36,868 nucleotides of DNA. Source: a virus. Lineage: Duplodnaviria; Caudoviricetes. Position 1 is the first letter of the stretch; every line of letters starts with the position of its first letter. The DNA lies in the IMG/VR virus record IMGVR_UViG_3300023173_000043, positions 1-36,868 of that record; one strand, given 5' to 3'. Below are positions 15,683-25,144 of this stretch, piece after piece. A model generated the notes under the pieces. The model had not been told where the DNA came from and did no database searches. It was given only the letters and a program-made list of their open reading frames with translations. Both the position numbers and the translations under genes were made by a program.

Positions 15683-18600
15683 CTATCTTGGCTTTCTTTC
15701 TAGCAAACGCTCAGTAATCTGCTCTGTAGTTTCAAATCCAACTAGATCAGAAGCATTCCTGATACCCCTTAGAGACTGCTTAACAAAGGGGAGTGCGTCA
15801 ATGACAGGCTCTCGAAGATACCTGCTACCTGTCATAGCCCCGAGTGTTCTCTCTGCCACATCGTAAGGCCTGTCAAGCACAACAGGACGAGAACCCTCTA
15901 AAAATGTACTAATCCATCCATCTTCTTGTATTCTGCCCCATTGATAATCATTAAGACCAACGGTATTCATGGTCAGCAATGATGCCCACGCATCACCGTA
16001 ACCCCTAACCATTCCTCCGATGCTGGCATTACCATCACCAAACAAGAACTGTCTACCCTCATTGATAACCGCAAAACCACCAGCACCCCACAAAGCATAA
16101 CGCTTAAGAAAGCCCACAGCTTTATCAACCTCACCTCTCCGAAGGTTATCCACAACCTCACGCAGAGCAAGAGCCTGTTGCTTGATGACAAAACCACGCA
16201 ATGCCCACAAGCCCCGAAGGTCTGGATGCCTAGCCCATGCCGCTGGCCTACCAGCAGATGAGATAAGCTGTTGTTGGCCCAGCGCGGCGACTAATAACTG
16301 CTCAATCAGGTCTGCTTGCTCAGGAGTATAGGCATCAAAGTCCTTGCCATGTTTAAGTAATCCTTTCTTGATTGCAGATAACTCTTGCGGAGTAAAGTAA
16401 AAGCCCCACATATCAGCAAGGTTATCTTCTTTAGCCAGCTTGATCGCGCTATTCCACGCAGTGTCCATAACACCACGCTTACCTACTCGGTCAAAGGCCG
16501 CAAACAAAGACCCCTTCATGGCAAAGTCCGTCAGGTTCCTCATGTTAGAAGCCAGCTTATGCATCCTTCCTCGATCTACAGCAAGGGATTCATTTATCCT
16601 ATTAACAAATTCTCCGTAGGTCTGGTTGTTTAAGCCCATCCTCTGAAGATCTAGTGGGCTCTTAGTAATCGCATCATCTAGCATCTCTCTTGAGCCAAAC
16701 TTGGCGGCGGATAATGGAACGTCAGCCAGATTCAAGATCGCAGACATAGGACCAGCAAGAGTGGTTAGATAGGTAAAAGAATTGAGTGCTTGCAATAAGG
16801 GATGCGGGGTTCTGGAGGATCCCGTTATGTTTTGAGTAATAAGGCTTATCGCATACTCAGCCTTGTCAGCATCTATCCCTCGGCGAATAAGATCATCCTG
16901 CCAAGCCTTCATAAATTCTTCGGGAGTCATGGGAACTAACTGACCCTTCTTATTCTTCTTTAGATTGGTTGGTTTAAAACCAGTCATCCTAGAAATCTGA
17001 TACAACTTCTCCAGGTTAAACGTGCGCTGGATGTCAGTCAGAATAGGATTCTCATAATCATCAGGATTAGGACGCTTTGCCTTGCGTCTCTGATTAACTC
17101 TATCATTTAGATAACTACCCCGGCTTCTTCTCTTCAGCCCTGAATCCGCTGGCAGTTGCGTCCACCAATCATCTTCAGCCTCAATCTCCTCCGGGGGGAT
17201 CTTTTCTTTTTGCTCGTCAGCCATCTTCTTTGCGGCGGCTTTATTCAGGCGCGTTGCGCCATAGGTTACATAGGGATCGTATTCTGCTCCGCTAATCGCC
17301 GTCATGTTTCTTCTGTTCTTTCGCCCTGACCAAGCAATGTATTCCATTAGCGCATTGATTTGTTCTTCATCCAGCTTTCCGGTCATCAAGCGGCGAAGCT
17401 CACTCAGGGAAGTAGCATATCCCTCTCTACCCTTAAGCCCTTTAGATAAAAAGTTAGCAGAGAAATCAAGATAGATTCCCTTGATCTCTTTATCTGTTTC
17501 CATTCTTTGGATGACAGGAGCCAACCTTTCGATAAGTCCAGTTTCATCCATCTCTTTATTGATGGTTCGTAGCCAGGTCTCATCTATTCGCTGATACAAA
17601 GCTCCAAGCCGGGGGCTTACCTCGGCCATAATGGTATCGCTTACGCCACGAAGCCATTCATTGTAGATACCTTTGAAGCTAGCCTTTAATCCCTGCCATA
17701 CCTCACCGACGTTGGTAGCATCACGAAGCCTTGGTGCACCAACAATAGAATCATCGACATTATCAAATGGCCTATCAGCACGGAGGTCACTGAAGACACG
17801 ATTGTAGTCAGAGTTGGGATCTATTTTTTCTGCAATCGACTCAACTTCAGGCGTTCTTTTTATCGACTCAACTTCAGGCGTTCTTTTTGGTGTTGACCTG
17901 CCTCCAAGCATTCCTACTGGCTGTTGCTCCGGCTGGCTTTTCGGCTTTTGCTTTGGCCTTGGCTGGCTTTCTCTGATCTTTTTCATCACAAAGCCGCCAG
18001 TGCTATTGGGCACATTTTCAGCAAACCCTGCGGCCTCAAGCCTATACATTAAAGGAGTTATGCGTTCTCTATAGTCAATACCGAGGATGGTTTCTGATAG
18101 TTTATCTTTGCTAGTATTTCTATTTTTGTTTAGCGTTATTCGATTAAATGTCCCACCAACAGGAATATCATCAAAGTTTCTTGCAAGATCTCTGGCAAGC
18201 TCATCTTTCAATACATCATCTGCACCGGGATCTAAGCCGTCCCAATCTCTAAACAAAGTATATACATCATCATAACCATCTGGCGTTATAAAACGTTCAG
18301 GCACATGACCGTATTTTTTTCTAGCCGCTTCAACTTGTGATTCTTTTTTCTGTGGCTCAGGCCGAGGTTCGGGTCGAGGTTCAGGTCGAGGTTCAGATCG
18401 AGGCCTAGGCTGAGTCTCATATCCATATTGAGCTCTACTACCTAAGTATTCTCCAAATGAATTAGAGGCTGATGATTGGCCGCCTAATTGATTTGTTTTT
18501 GATGCTTGACTGTTGGCTGAAACCTGCTTTCTCGCCTCGTATTGCCGAACCTCTCTTAGTTTCTGGGCTTGCTCATAGGCTTCTTCACTTTGCTGTGTCA

Positions 18601-20665
18601 CCTTGTGGTTAAAGCCTGTGGCATCAACAGTTTCAAGTGAGTCCCGACCAACAGCAAACTGAGACTTTCTGCCATTAACAAGCTGAACCTGTACCCTTCC
18701 GTTCTCTAACTCTCCAAGAACTCTGACCGGCCTCAGGTCTCCCTTATTTGTTCTGTATAAAAGGATAGCTCCGGGCTCTACCTGCTGTTCAATCATATCT
18801 GGATCTACACGATTGTTACCTGTCTTTGCGCCGGGACGAGAGGCTACGCTAGGGTCAAAGATCCTGCCGACAACAGTGCCTACCGTACCGCCAAGAGCCG
18901 CCATTGCCGCCCTCTCTTCTGCGGTACGCCCCGACCCAGCGCCATAGGCAATACCTTCAACGCCTCCGGTAGCCATGTTGCTAAGCCCGTACTTGGCACC
19001 CTGCCTAGCTAGTGCCGTGCCAGTAGCAATGCCAGGGACAAGCTCTTGATACAAAGCACTTACAGGGTTTTCCGTACGATACTGATCCATTTCATTACGA
19101 ACTTCGCCAAGGATGTCAGAGTAAGACCTGTCTCCAAGCAAAGATCTAACCCCGGCTTCAGCCTCATCAGCTAATGCAAAGGTTGCACCTTGAGCAATGT
19201 TTCTTAAGCCGCCGACCAGTATTTTATTCTGCTCGCTCTGCCGTCTTGCCTCTATAGCACGAAGGTCGTCATCAGTAGGCATGAATTCATCGTATAAAGA
19301 TGAATCATCTGTAACTTTTATCGATGGAGATGGGAGCCTTTCGGCTAATTCCTCATCGGTCGGCATAAAGTCCTCATAATTTAGCGGGGCTTTAACCTCT
19401 GGTATGCCCTTACGCTTTTCAGCCGTAACTTCTACCTCTTCCAGCGCAGGTAAATCAAAGGCAGGATCTCCTGTTATTATGCTAGGAGGCGGTGGCCTTA
19501 TGCCCTTACGCTTTTTAGCAGTAACTTCCACTTCGTTTAAGGGAACCCTTATCCCATCACGTTGCTCAGCAGTAACCTCTATCTCCTCTAGAGGAGGCAG
19601 GTCATAATCTGGATTCCCTGTTATCAGCTTTGGGGGCGGCGGTCTAATGCCTTTACGTTTCTTAGCAGTAACCTCAACAGGATTTAATGGCTGTCTTATT
19701 CCATCGCGTTTCTGAGCGGTAACCTCAACCTCTTGCAAAAAAGGGAGATCAAAGTCTGGATTCCCTGTAATTATTTCCGGTCGAGAAGGTCTGAAGTTAG
19801 GGGTTGGTTTCTTTTCTGCGGTGACCTCTACCTCGTTTAAAGGTGGTCTTATTCCATCACGCTTTTGCGCTGTTACCTGTATTTCTTTTAGCCACTGGTT
19901 TGGATCAGCTTTCTTTTTTTGAGCCTCAACTACAATATCCTTTATGACTAAACCAATGGGCACTTTTCTTTTTTGAGCAGTAACGATCACCTCCTCTAAA
20001 GGAGGAAACTCAAAGTCTGGGTTGCCAGTCCTTAGCTTTGGGGGCGGTATATCTTGCGGCCTTAGCTCAGGCTTTCTTGTTGCTGTAACCTCTACCTCTT
20101 TAAGTGGCGGAAGTTTCTTTTTGGCTGTGACTTCCACCTCTTTGAGCTTTGGATTTATTTCTTCAGCAAATGTTCCGACTACTTCTCTAGCGTCTTCTAC
20201 GCTAGTCAAAGCCCTGTTCCCTGCTATACCTTCATAATTGCTATCACCAGATGTAGTAGGGAGACCTGCCCACTCTTTTGCTAGCTCATTAATAAGGTTC
20301 TCAGTAAAATCTCCTTTGCCTTTTTTAGACCTTCTGATCCTGTCATCAATAAGGACATCAGCCATAAGGTCTTGGGTCTCTTCATCAAACAGCCTGTCAT
20401 CTTTAAACCATGACGGCTTTCTTCTCTGAAGATCCTCAAGAGTCTTGTTGATGATTTGGTATTTGCCAGCGGCAGACTGACCACCACTTTCAATCCGCTC
20501 ACGTTGCAACTCCTTGACCTCACCAATAGTCATCTCGGTGAGATCAACGGTGTCGCCTCCATGAAGCACATTGTATCGGTTGTCACTCTCGAGACTTCCA
20601 ATCCAGTTTCTAAGGGAGTCGTAGTTTTCTTTTGGTGCTGGAGCTCTACTCATAAGAAATGCCAA
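15683..20665 (-). CDS. Large internal virion/DNA-ejection protein with N-terminal lysozyme-like domain and TonB-box-like repeats (true start possibly ATG 20653)
   Basis: N-terminal 'ES...YN...DLTEMTIGEV...SAAGKYQII..TL...F....QD...LAKEWAGLP' (lambda-R/GH104-like muramidase); DNA-transfer-protein-like 'QGATFALADEAEA'; last gene of the structural operon. Confidence 0.85.
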   Translation of the reverse strand: MAFLMSRAPAPKENYDSLRNWIGSLESDNRYNVLHGGDTVDLTEMTIGEVKELQRERIESGGQSAAGKYQIINKTLEDLQRRKPSWFKDDRLFDEETQDLMADVLIDDRIRRSKKGKGDFTENLINELAKEWAGLPTTSGDSNYEGIAGNRALTSVEDAREVVGTFAEEINPKLKEVEVTAKKKLPPLKEVEVTATRKPELRPQDIPPPKLRTGNPDFEFPPLEEVIVTAQKRKVPIGLVIKDIVVEAQKKKADPNQWLKEIQVTAQKRDGIRPPLNEVEVTAEKKPTPNFRPSRPEIITGNPDFDLPFLQEVEVTAQKRDGIRQPLNPVEVTAKKRKGIRPPPPKLITGNPDYDLPPLEEIEVTAEQRDGIRVPLNEVEVTAKKRKGIRPPPPSIITGDPAFDLPALEEVEVTAEKRKGIPEVKAPLNYEDFMPTDEELAERLPSPSIKVTDDSSLYDEFMPTDDDLRAIEARRQSEQNKILVGGLRNIAQGATFALADEAEAGVRSLLGDRSYSDILGEVRNEMDQYRTENPVSALYQELVPGIATGTALARQGAKYGLSNMATGGVEGIAYGAGSGRTAEERAAMAALGGTVGTVVGRIFDPSVASRPGAKTGNNRVDPDMIEQQVEPGAILLYRTNKGDLRPVRVLGELENGRVQVQLVNGRKSQFAVGRDSLETVDATGFNHKVTQQSEEAYEQAQKLREVRQYEARKQVSANSQASKTNQLGGQSSASNSFGEYLGSRAQYGYETQPRPRSEPRPEPRPEPRPEPQKKESQVEAARKKYGHVPERFITPDGYDDVYTLFRDWDGLDPGADDVLKDELARDLARNFDDIPVGGTFNRITLNKNRNTSKDKLSETILGIDYRERITPLMYRLEAAGFAENVPNSTGGFVMKKIRESQPRPKQKPKSQPEQQPVGMLGGRSTPKRTPEVESIKRTPEVESIAEKIDPNSDYNRVFSDLRADRPFDNVDDSIVGAPRLRDATNVGEVWQGLKASFKGIYNEWLRGVSDTIMAEVSPRLGALYQRIDETWLRTINKEMDETGLIERLAPVIQRMETDKEIKGIYLDFSANFLSKGLKGREGYATSLSELRRLMTGKLDEEQINALMEYIAWSGRKNRRNMTAISGAEYDPYVTYGATRLNKAAAKKMADEQKEKIPPEEIEAEDDWWTQLPADSGLKRRSRGSYLNDRVNQRRKAKRPNPDDYENPILTDIQRTFNLEKLYQISRMTGFKPTNLKKNKKGQLVPMTPEEFMKAWQDDLIRRGIDADKAEYAISLITQNITGSSRTPHPLLQALNSFTYLTTLAGPMSAILNLADVPLSAAKFGSREMLDDAITKSPLDLQRMGLNNQTYGEFVNRINESLAVDRGRMHKLASNMRNLTDFAMKGSLFAAFDRVGKRGVMDTAWNSAIKLAKEDNLADMWGFYFTPQELSAIKKGLLKHGKDFDAYTPEQADLIEQLLVAALGQQQLISSAGRPAAWARHPDLRGLWALRGFVIKQQALALREVVDNLRRGEVDKAVGFLKRYALWGAGGFAVINEGRQFLFGDGNASIGGMVRGYGDAWASLLTMNTVGLNDYQWGRIQEDGWISTFLEGSRPVVLDRPYDVAERTLGAMTGSRYLREPVIDALPFVKQSLRGIRNASDLVGFETTEQITERLLERKPR
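17835..17888. repeat. Perfect 27-bp in-frame tandem duplication (KRTPEVESI x2)
   Basis: ATCGACTCAACTTCAGGCGTTCTTTTT twice. Confidence 0.9.
19412..20146 (-). repeat. 11 coding repeats of L-x-E-V-x-V-T-A-x-K-R with Pro-rich spacers
   Basis: LKEVEVTAKKK, LKEVEVTATRK, LEEVIVTAQKR, IKDIVVEAQKK, LKEIQVTAQKR, LNEVEVTAEKK, LQEVEVTAQKR, LNPVEVTAKKR, LEEIEVTAEQR, LNEVEVTAKKR, LEEVEVTAEKR. Confidence 0.95.
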
Positions 20666-20696
20666 GCTGTCCCAAGGTCAGTTTTTTTGCCACTTA

Positions 20697-22487
20697 TTAA
20701 ATTCTCCACGCCGTATCTTGAGAAAGATATTCGTCTTGAACCGGGTCTCTATTCCTGCCAAGTTGTTTAATGCGTTCTTCCCAAAGACGATCAAACCTGT
20801 CTTTGTCAAACTCTTCTCCTCTAGCGGCTGATGCTTCCTGAGCCTGTTTTAATTTCTCCTTATATTTTGAGCCTGTACCAAGAGCCATGTCGCCTTCAAT
20901 TCGATTCCATCTATCGGACTTTGCATCAGCTTCCTTTTGTTCTCCTTTCAGGCCGCCACTGACAAGTCCTCCATTGAGCTCGGCATCAAGATCTTCTCTC
21001 ATTTCATCGTAAAGAGTTGGGAACTGATACTCCAATGCGGTGAATAAAGCTTGATTAATTAGCTGGCTTGCCTCCGCTCTACCCTCTGGCGTTGACTGGT
21101 CTATGGCGTTGTACTTTTCCATGATGCTCTCGCCAGCTTTATCCAGGGTGCTATACATTTGTTTGTTGATAGCCTTGCTTAAGGTTTCTGCGTCTTCATC
21201 GCTCCAAGAGGATGGATCAAAGATAGCCGCAAACTCCTCACTGTCTTTCCTAAGACCAGAAAGAACCTTATTTATATCCATCTGCAACTGCTGGGGTACT
21301 GCCTGAGCCAGAGATGCTAGATGCTTGCTTACCTCACCAGCATATTTTTTATTTACTTTTCCAACACCGGCATCCCCTAACAACTCTCTGACCTGATTTA
21401 CTTCGCTCACATACTTTTGATACAGAGTATTGTTTGGGAAGTCGCTTCTTTGTAGCGGGATGTTTTCTGATATCTTGTCACCCAAGCTCTGCCTTGCTTC
21501 TTGCAGTTCAAGCTCAGCTTTTTCTCTGGCCATTGCCGCATCATAGGACGCAAGCACAGAACCCCTTGCCGCTGTTACCCTTGAGCCAATGTCCTTTGTG
21601 TTGTATGGCCTGTACTCTTCCGCACCAAACCTCCCTTCGTACTCGCTCGTTAATGCATCAAGATCTGACTGTGCTTTACTTGCAACTTCGGGATCTTCTG
21701 AAAGAGTAAGGCCAATAAGGTTGGTAGCTTTGGTATTAAACTCGCTTTCAAGGCGAGCGTGCTCAGCTTCCATAATTTTGGCATGCTCGGTTGCAACCCC
21801 TGCTATAGAGGCTTGAATAAACGGTTGATAGTCTTTGTTTATCTGACCATAGTTTCCATCAGTTACTGTATCTGCTCGCCTTTTGTAATTCTCAAACGCT
21901 GTATCACCTAGCTTTCCAGGTGGAAAAATAGCCCTCGACAATCGCTCATTTTTCTTAAGGGCCGCGTCAATCGCTAGCTGATTGGCTTTAATTTGCTGTT
22001 CTTGAGCAATCCAAGAATTTTCTCTTTCCTCTAATCCTTGTCGATAGTCAGTGCCCTCACGCCCTGTGCCGCCATACTTAGCACCCTGACCACCGTAAGT
22101 ATTCATTTGGGAATAGATACCTTCCAATGCCTTTTCCGCCCCAGCCCTTTGCTGTGGGTCAAGATCATTCTTTCTAAGCTCTCGTGTTAGAAGGTCTGCG
22201 CTATTCTGATAAGCTGACATCTTGGTAGTCCACGCTTGCTTCTGCTGTTGGACGCCAAGATCTGTAGCCATCTGAGCATACTTCTGAGCATCTTCATGGT
22301 TCCCATTTCGTCTGGCCCATTCAGAATAGGCCACAAGACTTTTCGGATCGTCGGTATCTAGCTTTGGTGCAGAAAGATCTCTGATAGTCTGGTGCGTCCA
22401 ATCGTATGCCTTGCCCATCTCACCAACATCACTGGCAATCTGAGACAACATCCCCGTTAAGTTTGCCGCTTGTGCTCTTCCTGACAT
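20697..22487 (-). CDS. Probable internal virion/ejection protein
   Basis: 596 aa, helical, between the small and large ejection-like genes; TAAGGAG RBS. Confidence 0.65.
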   Translation of the reverse strand: MSGRAQAANLTGMLSQIASDVGEMGKAYDWTHQTIRDLSAPKLDTDDPKSLVAYSEWARRNGNHEDAQKYAQMATDLGVQQQKQAWTTKMSAYQNSADLLTRELRKNDLDPQQRAGAEKALEGIYSQMNTYGGQGAKYGGTGREGTDYRQGLEERENSWIAQEQQIKANQLAIDAALKKNERLSRAIFPPGKLGDTAFENYKRRADTVTDGNYGQINKDYQPFIQASIAGVATEHAKIMEAEHARLESEFNTKATNLIGLTLSEDPEVASKAQSDLDALTSEYEGRFGAEEYRPYNTKDIGSRVTAARGSVLASYDAAMAREKAELELQEARQSLGDKISENIPLQRSDFPNNTLYQKYVSEVNQVRELLGDAGVGKVNKKYAGEVSKHLASLAQAVPQQLQMDINKVLSGLRKDSEEFAAIFDPSSWSDEDAETLSKAINKQMYSTLDKAGESIMEKYNAIDQSTPEGRAEASQLINQALFTALEYQFPTLYDEMREDLDAELNGGLVSGGLKGEQKEADAKSDRWNRIEGDMALGTGSKYKEKLKQAQEASAARGEEFDKDRFDRLWEERIKQLGRNRDPVQDEYLSQDTAWRI

Positions 22488-22497
22488 GACCTACTCC

Positions 22498-23340
22498 TTA
22501 AAATATACCGTCAAACATACTGCCAGCATTATCCAACACAGAGTCATATAGGTTGCCCTCTAGCTCTGATGCCGCCTTCATTGCATTAACACCAACTTGA
22601 GATCCACCCAGCGCCATCTGTGCAAGATACTGAAGACCTGTTAGCTGTCCTGTCTGTGCTCTATCCGCGTTATTACCACCTAATTGCATCAAAGCCATCT
22701 GTTGTTGCATGGGCAGGAATGATGTCTGGTAATTCTGATTAGCCATCTGACCAAACCCCTGAGCCAATGCCCCTTGATTCATCATCTCCTGCTGTGCCTG
22801 TTGCATAGCCGCTACCGATGCTTGGTTGCTGGCCTCTGCCCGAGCCCTAGCCATAGCCGCGTCCTCAGCAGTGCCACCAAACTGGCTACCACGAATGCCG
22901 CCTCTGCCCATAGCGTACTCACGTGCTTGCTGTGCGGCCTGAGCACGATTAAGAGCGGGGTTCTGCATAGCCATCATGCGGTTGTAAATATCCTGCTCTC
23001 TACCCGCCGTGCTCTGCATGGCGTTGCTCATAGCTTGAAGACCGGCGTCATTATATGACCCAGCTGAGTTCCCCATCATCGGGTTCTGACCAACACCAAG
23101 GTTGATTGAGCCATTTGCACCAACAGTAGAAGTCCCAAGGTTAGAGGTAACACCGTAACCCTTAAACTGAGATTCTTGGTTTAGGTCGGTAAAGTTTGGA
23201 TCATTAACTCCCCCAAGCTCATAAAGATTGCTTACCAATGAGTCAGGTTCATTAGGATTTCCAAGCTCTCTGATCTGATCTGCATTCTGCAATCCCTGCT
23301 GGATTGCGGCCATTGATGCAAGTGCGCCAGGTACGCTCAT
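22498..23340 (-). CDS. Probable small ejection/pilot protein
   Basis: G/A/Q/M-rich 280 aa directly after tail tubular B. Confidence 0.65.
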   Translation of the reverse strand: MSVPGALASMAAIQQGLQNADQIRELGNPNEPDSLVSNLYELGGVNDPNFTDLNQESQFKGYGVTSNLGTSTVGANGSINLGVGQNPMMGNSAGSYNDAGLQAMSNAMQSTAGREQDIYNRMMAMQNPALNRAQAAQQAREYAMGRGGIRGSQFGGTAEDAAMARARAEASNQASVAAMQQAQQEMMNQGALAQGFGQMANQNYQTSFLPMQQQMALMQLGGNNADRAQTGQLTGLQYLAQMALGGSQVGVNAMKAASELEGNLYDSVLDNAGSMFDGIF

Positions 23341-23350
23341 CTCTTTCTCC

Positions 23351-25144
23351 TTAAGCGATCAAACGACCGACTAATGTGTTAATAGAAATCTGTTGCATAG
23401 ACATCTTCTCTCCTATGATGTCTGCGCTAAACCCTATCCTAAGCATCTCACCCGTCCCGTTAAGGGCAGTGGTTGATGTGTAGAATGAGTCACTAATGTT
23501 GTTGTCTGGTTTAGCTTTTAACCTTCGGCTGTACTTCATGTCAGATCCAAAGCCCCAGGTTGCATGGATATTGTCTGAAGTTTTTGAGTGAAAGCTGTAG
23601 CTAACAGACTTAGGAATCACGGTCTGCATGATGTTCCCGGTAAAATTAAGCACTGTGCTTTCATAACCAAACGTGTAAGGTCGTGGCTGTTCGTATCCAA
23701 AGTATCTAAGAACACCACGGTTATCCCTACCTGCAAGCAACGCCAAATCCTTTATTGATGTTCTTACGGTAACTCCGTCATAGAAATCACAGTCAGTCCA
23801 TCGAGTAGTTTTTAGTCCGCCTGTCAATGAAGGTTGTCCTAACTGAAAGACGTAGGCTTCTCGAGTATCAGGAAACAAACACACTGCTAGATTCCTAGAG
23901 GGCATATGAAACAGCTTGACCATGTCTCGCTGGCTATCTATGAGCTCACGGATCACTGTCGCCACGTTCATGCTTGGCTCTGCGAGGGGGCTAGACTTTT
24001 CTTGAATTACCCTGCCAAGAGAACGTACGCCCAAAGAGTCAACGAAAAGATGATCGCTACCAATGTTGCACATAGCATCCTGATTAACCAATCCCACATC
24101 ACTAATAGCGTCCTCGAGCTTAAGACCCTGCTCGCCAGAAGGATCTCCTTGTGCGCCTGAGTAGATAAGAATTGAGTACCTGCCGAACACAATCAGGAAG
24201 CCGTTGTGTGCGGCTATGCCCTGTATCTTGTCCCCACCGTTGGGCCAGTACTCGGCAACGTCAATAATACCTGCCGTATTCTGGTCATCGGTCATCACTG
24301 CTTTACCGTCATACCACTGCTCAGGGACTAGCAGGTCAGAGTAGTAGATGGTCTGATAGTCGTCGTTTACTCCAGACACCCACAATCTACCGTAGGCGGC
24401 ACAAGCTACGTCACCGTTTATCTTCTCTGCAAACAACTCATTGTCGTCTTGCGGCGGCAGATAGTTAGACTTGGCTGATAGTGGCTCGGCTGTCGCGCCG
24501 TCATAGACCATGACCTCTTCATCCTTAGAGAAGACATAAATGCTGTCCTTGAAAGGGACTAGCTGTGCGTTTGCGATGCCGTTCTTTGGGGCTATCTCGG
24601 GGATCGTGATGATCTGATTCCCCTCGATCTTAAACCCAATGTATCTGTCATACTCCACTACAGCCGCAGGAGATATCTCAGGCACTTGCATGAAGTTAGG
24701 ACGCTGTGCTGTCTCAAGTGCGCCGTTCCACTCGTCGACATTCCACTCGGCCTGATTCCACTCAGTCTTCCCTCTAACGCCCTGATAGCCCAAACCCATG
24801 AGCCCAAAGGTCATATCCTCTGCTATCTCCTCATTGACTGACCTTGCAGACCACTCAGAGAACCCCCACGTAGCCTCACCCCACTCAGCCCTGATTGCTG
24901 ACCGGATAACCGCTTCCGTCTCAAGGCGACACATCCGAACAACATCATAAGATGGCTCAGCAAAGTCCACGTTATTAATAAAATCCGCAAAGGCTTCGCG
25001 AGACGTTATCCTCCCTATCCTATCCACCACAGCGTTATCGGCTCTTAAGGCAAACTCTGTCCCTCCCTGAAAGGGAGACTGCTCACTGTTTAACCCTTGC
25101 CCACCTGGGGCCGGTATGCCAATTTGATTAAGCTGTTGCGCCAT
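23351..25144 (-). CDS. Tail tubular protein B / P22 gp10-like nozzle
   Basis: 'APGG.GLNSE.SP', 'ADNAVVDRIGRI.SR', beta-propeller-like segments 'AYGRLWV', 'HNGFLIVFG', 'IGSDHLFVDSLGVRSL'. Confidence 0.8.
   Translation of the reverse strand: MAQQLNQIGIPAPGGQGLNSEQSPFQGGTEFALRADNAVVDRIGRITSREAFADFINNVDFAEPSYDVVRMCRLETEAVIRSAIRAEWGEATWGFSEWSARSVNEEIAEDMTFGLMGLGYQGVRGKTEWNQAEWNVDEWNGALETAQRPNFMQVPEISPAAVVEYDRYIGFKIEGNQIITIPEIAPKNGIANAQLVPFKDSIYVFSKDEEVMVYDGATAEPLSAKSNYLPPQDDNELFAEKINGDVACAAYGRLWVSGVNDDYQTIYYSDLLVPEQWYDGKAVMTDDQNTAGIIDVAEYWPNGGDKIQGIAAHNGFLIVFGRYSILIYSGAQGDPSGEQGLKLEDAISDVGLVNQDAMCNIGSDHLFVDSLGVRSLGRVIQEKSSPLAEPSMNVATVIRELIDSQRDMVKLFHMPSRNLAVCLFPDTREAYVFQLGQPSLTGGLKTTRWTDCDFYDGVTVRTSIKDLALLAGRDNRGVLRYFGYEQPRPYTFGYESTVLNFTGNIMQTVIPKSVSYSFHSKTSDNIHATWGFGSDMKYSRRLKAKPDNNISDSFYTSTTALNGTGEMLRIGFSADIIGEKMSMQQISINTLVGRLIA

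Noticed and set aside
19412-20146. CRISPR array or DGR template/variable repeats
   Set aside because: The repeats are in-frame, conserved at protein level with synonymous variation and irregular spacing; no cas or reverse transcriptase gene is seen.
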